Shown: piece by piece, positions 1 through 14,411 of the stretch
Position numbering within the stretch: the first letter of the stretch is position 1
Layout: the number at the start of each line of letters is the position of its first letter
NCBI RefSeq assembly: GCF_009914755.1
Contig: NC_060946.1
Source of the DNA: the human T2T-CHM13v2.0 reference genome, Homo sapiens
Reading direction: 5' to 3' (one strand)
Length of the DNA: 64,000 nucleotides
Notes under the pieces: generated by a model
Databases searched by the model: none
What the model saw: only the letters and a program-made list of their open reading frames with translations
Told to the model about the DNA's origin: nothing
Made by a program: the position numbers and the translations under genes

Positions 1-23
1 TCCATTCCATTCGGGTTGATTCC

Positions 24-3000
24 TTTAAATTCCATTCCATTCCATATCATTCCACTCCATTCCATTCCATTCCATTCGCGTTGATCCTGTTCCATTCCAT
101 GCACTCATATTCCATTCCATTCCTTTCCATTCCGTTCCATTCTATACCATTCCACAAAGTTGTTTGTATCTTATTCCATTCCATTCCATTCCATTGCATT
201 CCATTCCATTCCATTCTATTCCACTCTGGTTGATTCCATTCCATTCAATTCCGTTCCGTTCCTTTCTGTTCCATTCCATTCCATTTCATTCCATTGCATT
301 CCACTCAGGTTGATTCCATTCCATTCCATTCCATTCCATTCCATTCCATTCCATTCCATGCCCTTCGTGTTGATTCCTTTCCAATCCATTCCATTCCATA
401 CCATTCCACTCCATTCTGTTACATTCCATTCCATTCCATTCCATACCATTCCACCAAAGTTGATTGCATGTTATTCCATTCCATTCCATTCCATTCCATT
501 CCATTCCATTCCATTCCATTCCTTTCCACTCGGGTTGATTCCATTCCATTCAATTCCGTTCCGTTCCGTTCCATTCCATTCTATTCCATTTCATTCCATT
601 GCATTCCACTCGGGTTGATTCCATTCCATTCCATTCCATTCCAGTCCATTCCATGCAATTCGGGTGGATTCCTTTCCATTCCATTCCATTCCATTCAATG
701 CCATTCCACTTCATTCCTTTCCATTCCATTCCGGTTGATTCCGTTCCTTTCAATGCCCTTTTATTCCATTCCATTCCATTATTTTCCATTCCATTCCATA
801 CCATTCCACCAAAGTTGAGTGCATGTTATTCCATTCCATACCATTCCACCAATGTTGATTGCATGTTATTCCATTCCATTGCAATCCACTCCATTCCATT
901 CCATTCCATTCCATTCCTTTCCATTCCATTCCATTCCTTTCAACTCGGGTTGATTCCATTCCTTTCAATTCCATTCCGTTCCGTTCCGTTCTATTCCATT
1001 TCATTTTATTCCATTGCATTCCATTCCATACCCTTCGGGTTGATTCCTTTGCATTCTGTTCGATTCCGTACCATTCCACTCCATTCCATTCCATTCCATT
1101 CGGGTTGATTCCATTCCATTCCGTTCCGTTCCATTCCTTTCCATACCATTCTACTAGGGTTGATTCCATACCAATCCATTGCATTGCATTCCATTCCATT
1201 CCATTCCACTCTGGTTGATTCCATTCCTTTCCGTTCCATTCCATTCCATTCCACTCCATTCCGTTCCATTCCATTCGGGTTGATTCCATTCCATTCCGTT
1301 CCGTTCCATTCCTTTCCATACCATTCCACTAGGGTTGATTCCATACCAATCCATTCCATTTCATTCCATTCCATTCCATTCCACTCGGGTTGATTCCATT
1401 CCATTCCATTCCATTCCATTACATTACATTCCACTCCATTCCATTACATTCCATTCCACTCGGGTTAATTCCGTTTCATTCCATTCCAATCCATTCCATT
1501 CCATTCCATTCCATTGGGGTCCATTCCATTCCAATCCATTCCATGCCCTTCGTGTTGATTCCTTTCCAATCCATTCCATTCCATACCATTCCACTCCATT
1601 CTGTTCCAATCCATTCCATTCCATTCCATTCCATTCCATTAAATTCCATTCCATTCCATTCCATTCCATTCCATTCCATTCCCTTCCACTCGGGTTGATT
1701 CCATTCCATTCAATTCCGTTCCGTTCTGTTCCGTTCCGTTCCATTCCATTCCATTTCATTCCGTTCCATTCCATTCGTGTTGATTCCATTCCATTCCACT
1801 CCAATCCATTCCATTCCAAATCATTCCATTCCATTCAATTCCACTCGCATTCAATCTATTCCATTCCATTGCATTCCGTTCGGTTCCATTCCATTCTATT
1901 GCATTTCTTACCATTCCATTCCACTCGGGATGATTCCATTCCATTCCATTATATTCCCTTCCATTCCATTCCATTCCTTTCCACTCGGGATGATTCCATT
2001 CCATTCCATTCCATTCCATTCCATTCCATTCCATTCCATTCCATTCCACTGTGGTTGTTTCGATTCCATTCCTTTCCATTTCATTCTATTCCATTCCATT
2101 CCATTCCATTCCATTCTATTCCATTCCATTCCACTCCATTCCATTCCATTCCTCTCCGGTTATCCCATTCCATTCCATTCCATTCCACTCGGGTAGATTC
2201 CATTCCATTCCATGCCATTCCATTCCATTCCATTCCATTCCATTCCATTCCATTCTATTAGTTTGTAATCAGGTTGATTCCAATCCATTCCATTATATTC
2301 AAGTCCTTTCCATTCCATGCCATTCCACTCGGGTTTTTTCCATTTTGTTGTATTCCATTCCATTCCATTCCATTCCATTCCATTCCATTCCATTCCATTC
2401 CGTTCCATTCCATTCCATTGCATTCAATTCAACTCAGGTTGTTTCCATTACGTTCCGTTAGTTTCCATTCCATTCCATTCCTTTCCATTCCATTCCATTC
2501 CATTACTTTCCACTCACGGTAATTCCATTCCATTCCATTCCAATGCATTCCATTCCCGTCGATACCATTGCATTGCATTGCTTCCATTCCATTCAATACC
2601 ATTACATTACGTTCCATTCTACCTGGTTTGATTGATTTCCATTCCATTCCATTCCATTCCATTCCATTCCATTCCATTCCATTCCATTCCATTGCATTCC
2701 ATTCCTCTCGGGTTGATTCCATTCCATTCCATGCCCTTTTATTCCATTCCATTCCATTCAATTCCATTCCATTCCATTCCATTCCATTCCATTCCATTCC
2801 TTTCCATTCCATACCATTCCCTCAAAGTTGATTGCATGCTATTCCATTCCATTCCATTCCCATTCCATTCCATTCCATTCCATACCATTCCGCCAATGTT
2901 GATTGCATGCTATTCCATTCCATTCCATTCCATTCCACTCCATTCCATTCCATTCCTTTCCAATTGCGTTGATTCCATTCCACTCAATTCCATTCCGTTC

Positions 3001-3131
3001 CGCGCCGTTCCGTTCCATTCCATTCCATTCCATTCCATTCCATTGCATTCCACTCGAGGTTATTCCATTCCATACAATTCCATTCCATTCCATTCCACTC
3101 CATTCCATTCCATTCCATTCGGGTTGATTCC
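24..3131 (+). repeat. HOR-like unit 1 (3108 bp)
   Basis: TTTAAA landmark 24 to 3132. The ACTAGGG module is duplicated at 175-bp spacing (1153/1328). The 80-bp GGGATGTTT module is missing at ~2190. Confidence 0.85.
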
Positions 3132-6100
3132 TTTAAATTCCATTCCATTCCATATCATTCCACTCCATTCCATTCCATTCCATTCGCGTTGATCCTGTTC
3201 CATTCCATGCACTCATATTCCATTCCATTCCTTTCCATTCCATTCCATTCTATACCATTCCACCAAAGTTGTTTGCATCTTATTCCATTCCATTCCATTG
3301 CATTCCATTGCATTCCATTCCATTCTATTCCTCTCAGGTTGATTCCATTCCATTCAATTCCGTTCCGTTCCTTTCTGTTCCATTCCATTCCATTTCATTC
3401 CATTGCATTCCACTCGGGTTGATTCCATTCCATTGCATTCCATTCCATTCCATTCCATTCCATTCCATTCCATTCCATTCCATTCCATTCCATGCCCTTC
3501 GTGTGGATTCCTTTCCAATCCATTCCATTCCATACCATTCCACTCCATTCTGTTCCATTCCATTCCATTCCATTCCTTTCCATACCATTCCACCAAAGTT
3601 GATTGCATGTTATTCCATTCTATTCCATTCCATTCCATTCCATTCCATTCCACTCGGGTTGATTCCATTCCATTCAATTCTGTTCCGTTCCGTTCCATTC
3701 CGTTCCATTGTATTCCATTTCCTTCCATTGCATTCCACTCGGGTTGATTCCATTCCATTCCATTCCATTCCATTCCATTCCATTCCATTCCATTCCATTC
3801 CATGCAATTCGTGTTGATTCCTTTCCATTCCATTCCATTCCATTCCATGCCACTCCACTCCATTCCGTTCCATTCCATTCGGGTTGATTCCGTTCCTTTC
3901 AATGCCCTTTTATTCCATTCCATTCCATTCTTTTCCATTCCATTCCATACCATTCCACCAAAGTTGTGTGCATGTTATTCCATTCCATACCATTCCACCA
4001 AAGTTGATTGCATGTTATTCCATTCCATTGCAATCCACTCCATTCCATTCCATTCCATTCCATTCCATTCCTTTCCATTCCATTCCATTCCTTTCAACTC
4101 GGGTTGATTCCATTCCTTTCAATTCCGTTCCATTCCGTTCCGTTGCATTCCATTCCATTTTATTCCATTGCATTCCACTAGGGTTCATTCCATTCCATTC
4201 CATTCCATTCCATTCCATTCCCTTCAGGTTGATTCCTTTGCATTCCGTTCCATTCCGTACCATTCCACTCCATTCCGTTCCATTCCATTCGGATTGATTG
4301 CATTCCATTCCGTTCCGTTCCATTCCACTCCATAACATTCCACTAGGGTTGATTCCATACCAATCCATTCCATTGCATTCCACTCCATTCCATTCCACTC
4401 GGGTTGATTCCATTCCATTCCATTCCATTCCATTCCATTCCATTCCACTCCATTCCATTACATTACATTCCACTCGGGTTAATTCCGTTCCATTCCATTC
4501 CAATCCATTCCATTCCATTCCATTGGGGTCCATTCCATTCCATTCCATTCCATGCCCTTCGTGTTGAATCCTTTCCATTCCATTACATTCCATACCATTC
4601 CATTCCATGACCTTCGTGTTGATTCCTTTCCAATCCATTCCATTCCATACCATTCCACTCCATTCTGTTCCATTCCATTCCATTCCATTCTATTCCATTC
4701 CATTCCATTCCATTCCATTCCATTCCATTCCATTCCATTCCACTCGGCTTGATTTCATTCCATTCAATTCCGTTCCGTTCTGTTCCGTTCCGTTCCATTC
4801 CATTCCATTTCATTCCGTTCCATTCCATTTGTGTTGATTCCATTCCATTCCACTCCAATCCATTCCATTCCAAATCATTCCATTCCATTCAATTCCACTC
4901 GCATTCAATCTATTCCATTCCATTTCATTCCGTTCGGTTCCATTCCATTCTATTGCATTCCTTACCATTCCATTCCACTCGGGATGATTCCATTCCATTC
5001 CATTATATTCCGTTCCATTCCATTCCATTCCATTCCACTCCGGATGATTCCATTCCATTCCATTCCATTCCATTCCGTTGCACTGTGGTTGTTTCGATTC
5101 CATTCCTTTCCATTTCATTCTATTCCATTCCATTCCATTCCATTCCATTCTATTCCATTCCATTCCACTCCAGTCCATTCCATTCCTCTCCGGTTATCCC
5201 ATTCCATTCCATTCCATTCCACTCGGGATGTTTCCATTCCATTCCATTCCATTTTATTCCATTCCATTCCGTTCCATTGCATTCCATTCTATACCATTCC
5301 ACTGAGGATGTTTCCATTCCATTCCATTCCATTTTATTCCATTCCATTCAGTTCCATTACATTCCATTCTATACCATTCCACTCTGGTTAATTCCATACA
5401 ATTGTATTCCATTCCATTCCATTAAATTCCATTCCATTCCATTCCACTCGGGTAGATTCCATTCCATTCCATGCCATTCCATTCCATTTAATCCATTACA
5501 TTCCATTCCACTCGGGTAGATTCCATTCCATTCCATGCCATTCCATTCCATTCCATTCCATTCCATTGCATTCCATTCTATTAGTTTGTAATCAGGTTGA
5601 TTCCAATCCATTCCATTATATTCAAGTCCTTTCCATTCCATGCCATTCCACTCGGGTTTTTTCCATTTTGTTGTATTCCATTCTATTCCATTCCATTCCA
5701 TTCCATTCCATTCCGTTCCGTTCCATTCCATTGCATTCAATTCAACTCAGGTTGTTTCCATTACGTTCTGTTAGTTTCCATTCCATTCCATTCCTTTCCA
5801 TTACATTCCATTCCATTACTTTCCACTCACGGTGATTCCATTCCATTTCATTCCAATGCATTCCATTCCCGTCGATACCATTGCATTGCATTGCTTCCAT
5901 TCCATTCCATACCATTACATTACTTTCCATTCTACCTGGTTTGATTGATTTCCATTCCATTCCATTCCATTCCATTCCATTCCATTGCATTCCATTCCTC
6001 TCGGGTTGATTCCATTCCATTCCATGCCCTTTTATTCCATTCCATTCCATTCAATTCAATTCCATTCCATTCCATTCCATTCCATTCCATTCGTATCCAT

Positions 6101-6439
6101 TCCATACCATTCCCTCAAAGTTGATTGCATGCTATTCCATTCCATTCCATTCCCATTCCATTCCATTCCATTCCTTACCATTCCACCAATGTTGATTGCA
6201 TGCTATTCCATTCCATTCCAGTCCATTCCACTCCATTCCATTCCATTCCTTTCCAATTGCGTTGATTCCATTCCACTCAATTCCATTCCGTTCCGCGCCA
6301 TTCCGTTCCATTCCATTCCATTCCATTCCATTCCATTTCATTCCATTGCATTCCACTCGAGGTTATTCCATTCCATACAATTCCATTCCATTCCATTCCA
6401 TTCCATTCCATTCCATTCCATTCCATTCGGGTTGATTCC
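3132..6439 (+). repeat. HOR-like unit 2 (3308 bp)
   Basis: Landmark 3132 to 6440. Two 80-bp modules at 5221/5301. Confidence 0.85.
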
Positions 6440-9400
6440 TTTAAATTCTATTCCATTCCATATCATTCCACTCCATTCCATTCCATTCCATTCGCGTTGA
6501 TCCTGTTCCATTCCATGCACTCATATTCCATTCCATTCCTTTCCATTCCATTCCATTCTATACCATTCCACCAAAGTTGTTTGCATCTTATTCCATTCCA
6601 TTCCATTCCATTCCATTCCATTCCATTCCATTGCATTCCATTCCATTCTATTCCTCTCGGGTTGATTCCATTCCATTCAATTCCGTTCCGTTCCTTTCTG
6701 TTCCATTCCATTCCATTTCATTCCATTGCATTCCACTCGGGTTGATTCCATTCCATTGCATTCCATTGCATTCCATTCCATTCCATTCCATTCCATTCCA
6801 TTCCATGCCCTTCGTGTGGATTCCTTTCCAATCCGTTCCATTCCATACCATTCCACTCCATTCTGTTCCATTCCATTCCATTCCATTCCTTTCCATACCA
6901 TTCCACCAAAGTTGATTGCATGTTATTCCATTCCATTCCATTCCATTCCATTCCATTCCACTCGGGTTGATTCCATTCCATTCAATTCCGTTCCGTTCCG
7001 TTCCATTCCGTTCCATTGTATTCCATTTCATTCCATTGCATTCCACTCGGGTTGATTCCATTCCATTCCATTCCATTCCATTCCATTCCATGCAATTCGT
7101 GTTGATTCCTTTCCATTCCATTCCATTCCATTCCATGCCACTCCACTCCATTCCGTTCCATTCCATTCTGGTTGATTCCATTCCTTTCAATGCCCTTTTA
7201 TTCCTTTCCATTCCATTCTTTTCCATTCCATTCCATACCATTCCACCAAAGTTGAGTGCATGTTATTCCATTCCATACCATTCCACCAAAGTTGATTGCA
7301 TGTTATTCCATTCCATTGCAATCCACTCCATTCCATTCCATTCCATTCCATCCCTTTCCATTCCATTCCATTCCTTTCAACTCGGGTTGATTCCATTCCT
7401 TTCAATTCCGTTCCATTCCGTTCCGTTGCATTCCATTCCATTTTATTCCATTGCATTCCACTAGGGTTCATTCCATTCCATTCCATTCCATTGCATTCCA
7501 TTCCATTCCCTTCAGGTTGATTCCTTTGCATTCCGTTCCATTCCGTACAATTCCACTCCATTCCTTTCCATTCCATTCGGGTTGATTCCATTCTATTCCG
7601 TTCCGTTCCATTCCACTCCATATCATTCCAGTAGGGTTGATTCCATACTAATCCATTCCATTGCATTCCACTCCATTCCATTTCACTCGGGTTGATTCCA
7701 TTCCATTCCATTCCATTCCCTTCCATTCCATTCCATTCAATTCCATTCAATTCCACTCCATTCCATTACATTACATTCCACTCGGGTTAATTCCCTTCCA
7801 TTCCATTCCAATCCATTCCATTCCATTCCATTCCATTGGGGTCCATTCCATTCAATTCCATTCCATTCCATTCAATTCCATTCAATTCCACTCCATTCCA
7901 TTACATTACATTCCACTCGGGTTAATTCCGTTCCATTCCATTCCAATCCATTCCATTCCATTCCATTCCATTGGGGTCCATTCCATTCCATTCCATTCCT
8001 TGCCCTTCGTGTTGATTCCTTACCAATCCATTCCATTCCATTCCATTCCATTCCATGACCTTCGTGTTGAATCCTTTCCAATCCATTCCATTCCATACCA
8101 TTTCACTCCATTCTGTTCCATTCCATTCCATTCCATTCCATTCCATTCCATTCCATACCTTTCCACCAAAGTTGATTGCATGTTATTCCATTCCATTCCA
8201 TGCCATTCCATTCCTTTCCACTCGGGTTGATTCCCATTCTATTCAATTCCGTTCCGTTCCGTTGCGTTCCATTCCATTCCACTTCATTGCGTTCCATTGC
8301 ATTCGTGTTGATTCCATTCCATTCCACTCCAAACCATTCCATTCCAAATCATTCCATTCCATTCAATTCCACTCGCATTCAATCTATTCCATTCCATTTC
8401 ATTCCGTTCTGTTCCATTCCATTCTATTGCATTCCTTATGATTCCATTCCACTCGGGATGATTCCATTCCATTCCATTATATTCCGTTCCATTCCATTCC
8501 ATTCCTTTCCATTCCATTCCATTCCATACCATTCCACCAACGTTGATTGCATGCTATTCCATTCCATTCCATTCCTTTCCACTCGGGTTGATTCCATTCC
8601 ATTCAATTCCGTTCCGTTCCGTTCCGTTCCATTCCATTCCATTTCATTCCGTTCCATTCCATTCGTGTTGATTCCATTCCATTCCACTCCAATCCATTCC
8701 ATTCCAAATCACTCCATTCCATTCAATTCCACTCGCATTCAATCTATTCCATTCCATTTCATTCTGTTCTGTTCCATTCCATTCTATTGCATTCCTTACC
8801 ATTCCATTCCACTCGGGATGATTCCATTCCATTCCATTATATTCCGTTCCATTCCATTCCATTCCATTCCACTCGGGATGATTCCATTCCATTCCATTCC
8901 ATTCCATTCCATTCCACTCTGGTTCTTTCCATTCCATTCCTTTCCATTTCATTCTATTCCATTCCATTCTATTCCATTACACTCCATTGCATTCCATTCC
9001 TCTCCGGTTATTCCATTCCATTCCATTCCATTCCACTCGGGATGTTTCCATTCCATTCCATTCCATTTTATTCCATTCCATTCCGTTCCATTACATTCCA
9101 ATGTATACCATTCGACTCGGGATGTTTCCATTGCATTCCATTCCATTTTATTCCATTCCATTCCGTTCCATTACATTCCATTCTATACCATTCCACTCGG
9201 GATGTTTCCATTCCATTCCATTCCATTTTATTCCATTCCATTCCGTTCCATTACATTCCATTCTATACCATTCCACTCGGGTTAATTCCATACCATTGTA
9301 TTCATTCCATTCCATTAAATTCCATTCCATTCCATTCCACTCGGGTAGATTCCATTCCATTCCATGCCATTCCATTCCATTCCATTCCATTTAATCCATT

Positions 9401-11240
9401 ACATTCCATTCCACTCGGGTAGATTCCATTCCATTCCATGCCATTCCATTCCATTCCATTCCATTCCATTCAATTCCATTCCTTTCCACTCGGGTTGATT
9501 GCATTCCATTCAATTCCGTTCCGTTCCGTTCCATTCCATTCCATTTCATTCCGTTCCATTCCATTCGTGTTGATTCCATTCCATTCCACTCCAATCCATT
9601 CCATTCCAAATCATTCCATTCCATTAAATTCCACTCCAATCCATTCCATTCCAAATCATTCCATTCCATTCAATTCCACTCGCATTCAATCTATTCCATT
9701 CCATTTCATTCCGTTCTGTTCCATTCCATTCTATTGCATTCCTTACCATTCCATTCCACTCGGGATGATTCCATTCCATTCCATTATATTCCGTTCCATT
9801 CCATTCCATTCCACTCGGGATGATTCCATTCCATTCCATTCCATTCCATTCCATTCCATTCCATTCCACTGTGGTTTTATCCATTCCATTCCTTTCCATT
9901 TCATTCTATTCTATTCCATTCTATTCCATTACACTCCATTCCATTCCATTCCTCTCCGGTTATTCCATTCCATTCCATTCCATTCCACTCGAGATGTTTC
10001 CATTCCATTCCATTCCATTTTATTCCATTCCATTCCGTTCCATTACATTCCATTGTATGCCATTCCACTCGCGATGTTTCCATTCCATTCCATTCCATTT
10101 TATTCCATTCCATTCAGTTCCATTACATTCCATTCTATACCATTCCACCCGGGTTGATTCCATACCATTGTATTCCATTCCATTCCATTAAATTCCATTC
10201 CATTCCATTCCACTCGGGTAGATTCCATTCCATTCCATGTCATTCCATTCCATTCCATTCCATTCCATTCCATTCCATTCCATTTAATCCATTACATTCC
10301 ATTCCACTCGGGTAGATTCCATTCCATTCCATGCCATTCCATTCCATTCCATTCCACTCTATTAGTTTGTAATCGGGTTGATTCCAATCCATTCCATTAT
10401 ATTCAAGTCGTTTCCATTCCATGCCATTCCACTCAGGTTGTTTCCATTTTGTTGTATTCCATTCCATTCCATTCCATTCCATTCCATTCCATTCCATTCA
10501 GTTCCATTCCATTCCATTGCATTCAATTCAACTCGGGTTGTTTCCATTACGTTCCATTAGTTTCCATTCCATTCCATTCCTTTCCATTCCATTCCATTCC
10601 ATTACTTTCCACTCACGGTGATTCCATTCCATTTCATTCCAATGAATTCCATTCCCGTTGATACCATTGCTTTGCATTGCTTCCATTCCATTCCATTCCA
10701 TTACATTACGTTCCATTCTACCTGGTTTGATTGATTTCCATTCCATTCCATTCCGTTCCATTCCATTCCATTCCATTCCATTCCATTCCATTCCGTTGTA
10801 TTCCATTCCTCTCGGGTTGATTCCATTCCATTTCATGCCCTTTTATTCCATTCCATTCCATTCCATTCCATTCCTTTCCATTCCATACCATTCCCTCAAA
10901 GTTGATTGCATGCTATTCCATTCCATTCCATTCCCATTCTATTCCATTCCATTCCATACCATTCCACCAAAGTTGATTGCATGCTATTCCATTCCATTCC
11001 ATTCCATTCCACTCCATTCCATTCCAATCCTTTCCACTTGGGTTGATTCCATTCCAATGAATTCCATTCCGTTCCGCTCCGTTCTGTTCCATTCCCTTCC
11101 ATTCCATTCCATTCCATTTCATTACATTGCATTCCACTCGGGTTTATTCCATTCCATTCCATTCAATTCCATTCAATTCCATTCCATTCCATTCCATTCC
11201 ATTCCATTCCATTCCATTCCATTCCATTCCGGTTGATGCC
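6440..11240 (+). repeat. HOR-like unit 3 (4801 bp, expanded by nested duplications)
   Basis: Landmark 6440 to 11241. ACTCGCATTCAATCT occurs three times (8371, 8731, 9678); TGGGGTCC occurs twice (135-bp spacing). Confidence 0.85.
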
Positions 11241-14200
11241 TTTAAATTCCATTCCATTCTATATCATTCCACTCCATTCCATTCCATTCCATTCTCCTTG
11301 ATCCTGTTCCATTCCATATACTCATATTCCATTCCATTCCTTTCCATTCCATTCCATTCTATACCATTCCACCAAAGTTGTTTGCATCTTATTCCATTCC
11401 ATTGCATTCCATTCCATTCCATTGCATTCCATTCCATTCTGTTCCTCACGGGTTGATTCCATTCCATTCAATTCCGTTACGTTCCGTTCTGTTCCATTCC
11501 ATTCCATTTCATTCCATTGCATTCCACTCCAGTTGATTCCATTCCATTCCATGCCATTCCATTCCATTCCATTCCATGCCCTTCGTGTTGATTCCTTTCC
11601 AATCCATTCCACTCCATACCATTCCACTCCATTCTGATCCATTCCATTCCATTCCATTCCATTCCATTCCATTCCATTCCATTCCATACCATTCCACCAA
11701 AGTTGATTGCATGTTATTCCATTCCATTCCGTTCCATTCCATTCCATTCCATTCCATTCATTCCATTCCTTTCCACTTGTTTTGATTCCATTCCATTCAA
11801 TTCCGTTCCGTTCCGTTCCGTTCCATTGTATTCCATTTCATTCCATTGCATTCCACTCCGGTTGATTCCATTCCATTCCATTCCATTCCATTCCATTCCA
11901 TTCCATTCCATGCAGTTCGGGTTGATTCCTTTCCATTCCATTCCATTCCATTCCATGCCATTCCACTCCATTCCGTGCCATTCCATTCGGGTTGATTCCG
12001 TTCTTTCAATGCCCTTTTATTGCATTCCATTCCATTCTTTTCCATTCCATTCCATACCATTCCACCAAAGTTGAGTGCATGTTATTCCATTCCATACCAT
12101 TCCACCAAAGTTGATTGCATGTTATTCCATTCCATTGCAATCCACTCCATTCCATTCCATTCCATTCCTTTCCATTCCATTCCATTCCTTTCTACTTGGG
12201 TTGATTCCATTCTTTTCAATTCCGTTCCGTTCCGTTCCGTTCCATTCCATTCCGTTTTATTCCATTGTATTCCACTCGGGTTCATTCCATTCCATTCCAT
12301 TCCATTCCATTCCATTCCATTCCATTCCATTCCCTTCAGGTTGATTCCTTTGCATTCCGTTCCATTCCGTACCATTCCACTCCATTCCGTTCCATTCCAT
12401 TCGGGTTGATTCCATTGCATTCCGTTCCGTTTCATTCCTTTCCATACCATTCCACTAGGGTTGATTCCATACCAATCCATTCCATTGCATTCCATTCCAT
12501 TCCATTCCACTCTGGTTGATTCCATTACTTTCCGTTCCGTTCCATTCCACTCCATACCATTCCACTAGGGTTGATTCCATACCAATCCATTCCATTGCAA
12601 TCCATTCCATTCCATTCCACTCGGGTTGATTCCATTCCATTCCATTCCATTCCATTCAATTCCACTCCATTCCATTACATTCCATTCCACTCGGGTTAAT
12701 TCTGTTCCATTCCATTCCAATCCATTCCATTCCATTCCATTGGGGTCCATTCCATTACATTCCATTCCATGCCCTTCGTGTTGATTCCTTTCCAAACCAT
12801 TCCATTCCATACCATTCCACTCCATTCTGTTCCATTCCATTCCATTCCATTCCATTCCATACCATTCAACCAAAGTTGATTGCAGGTTATTCCATTCCAT
12901 TCCATTCCATTCCATTCCATTCCATTCCATTCCATTCCTTTCCACTCGGGTTGATTCCATTCCATTCAATTCCGTTCCTTTCCGTTCTTTTCCTTTCCAT
13001 TCCATTCCATTTTATTCCATTCGCATTCAATCTATTCCATTGCATTTCATTCCGTTCTGTACCATTCCATTCTATTGCATTCCTTACCATTCCATTCCAC
13101 TCGGGATGATTCCATTCCATTGCATTCCATTCCATTCCATTCGATTCCTTACCATTCCATTCCACTCGGGATGTTTCCATTCCATTCCATTCCATTTTAT
13201 TCCATTCCATTCCGTTCCATTACATTCCATTCTATACCATACCACCCGGGTTAATTCCATACCATTGTATTCCATTCCATTCCATTAAATTCCATTCCAT
13301 TCCATTCCATTCCACTCGGGTAGATTCCATTCCATTCCATGCCATTCCATTCCATTCCATTCCATTCCATTCCATTTAATCCATTCCATTCCATTCCACT
13401 CGGGTAGATTCCATTCCATTCCATGCCATTCCATTCCATTCCATTCCATTCCATTCTATTCCATTCCATTCCATTAGTTTGTAATCCGGTTGATTCCAAT
13501 CTATTCCATTATATTCAAGTCCTTTCCATTCCATGCCATTCCACTCGGGTTGTTTCCATTTTGTTGTATTCCATTCCATTCCATTCCATTCCATTCCATT
13601 CCATTCCATTCCGTTCCATTCCATTCCATTGCATTCAATTCAACTCGGGTTGTTTCCATTACGTTCCATTAGTTTCCATTCCATTCCATTCCTTTCCATT
13701 CCATTCCATTCCATTACTTTCCACTCACGGTGATTCCATTCCATTGCATTCCAATGCATTCCAATCCCGTTGATACCATTGCATTGCATTGCTTCCATTC
13801 CATTCCATTCCATTACATTACGTTCCATTCTACCTGGTTTGATTGATTTCCATTTCATTCCAATGCATTCCATTCCCGTTGATACCATTGCATTGCATTG
13901 CTTCCATTCCATTGCATTCCATTACATTGCGTTCCATTCTACCTGGTTTGATTGATTTCCATTCCATTCCATTCCGTTCCATTCCATTCCATTCCATTCC
14001 ATTCCATTGCATTCCATTCCATTCCATTGCATTCCATTCCTCTCGGGTTGATTCCATTCCATTTCATGCCCTTTTATTCCATTCCATTCCATTCCATTCC
14101 TTTCCATTCCATACCATTCCCTCAAAGTTGATTGCATGCTATTCCATTCCATTCCATTCCCATTCCATTCCATACCATTCCACCAAAGTTGATTGCATGC

Positions 14201-14411
14201 TATTACATTCCATTCCATTCCATTCCACTCCATTCCATTCCATTCCTTTCCACTTGGGTTGATTCCATTCCATTGAATTCCATTCCGTTCCGCTCTGTTC
14301 CGTTCCATTCCATACCATTCCATTCCATTTCATTCCATTGCATTCCACTCGGGTTTATTCCATTCCATTCCATTCCATTCCATTCCATTCCATTCCATTC
14401 GGGTTGATTCC
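11241..14411 (+). repeat. HOR-like unit 4 (3171 bp)
   Basis: Landmark 11241 to 14412. Contains the 110-bp (12454/12564) and 109-bp (13766/13875) internal duplications. Confidence 0.85.

Noticed and set aside
14270-14285. TTGAATTCC (EcoRI site, once per unit in several units) as a heat-shock element
   Set aside because: The spacing does not fit the inverted nTTCnnGAAnnTTCn consensus. It is simply a unit variant.
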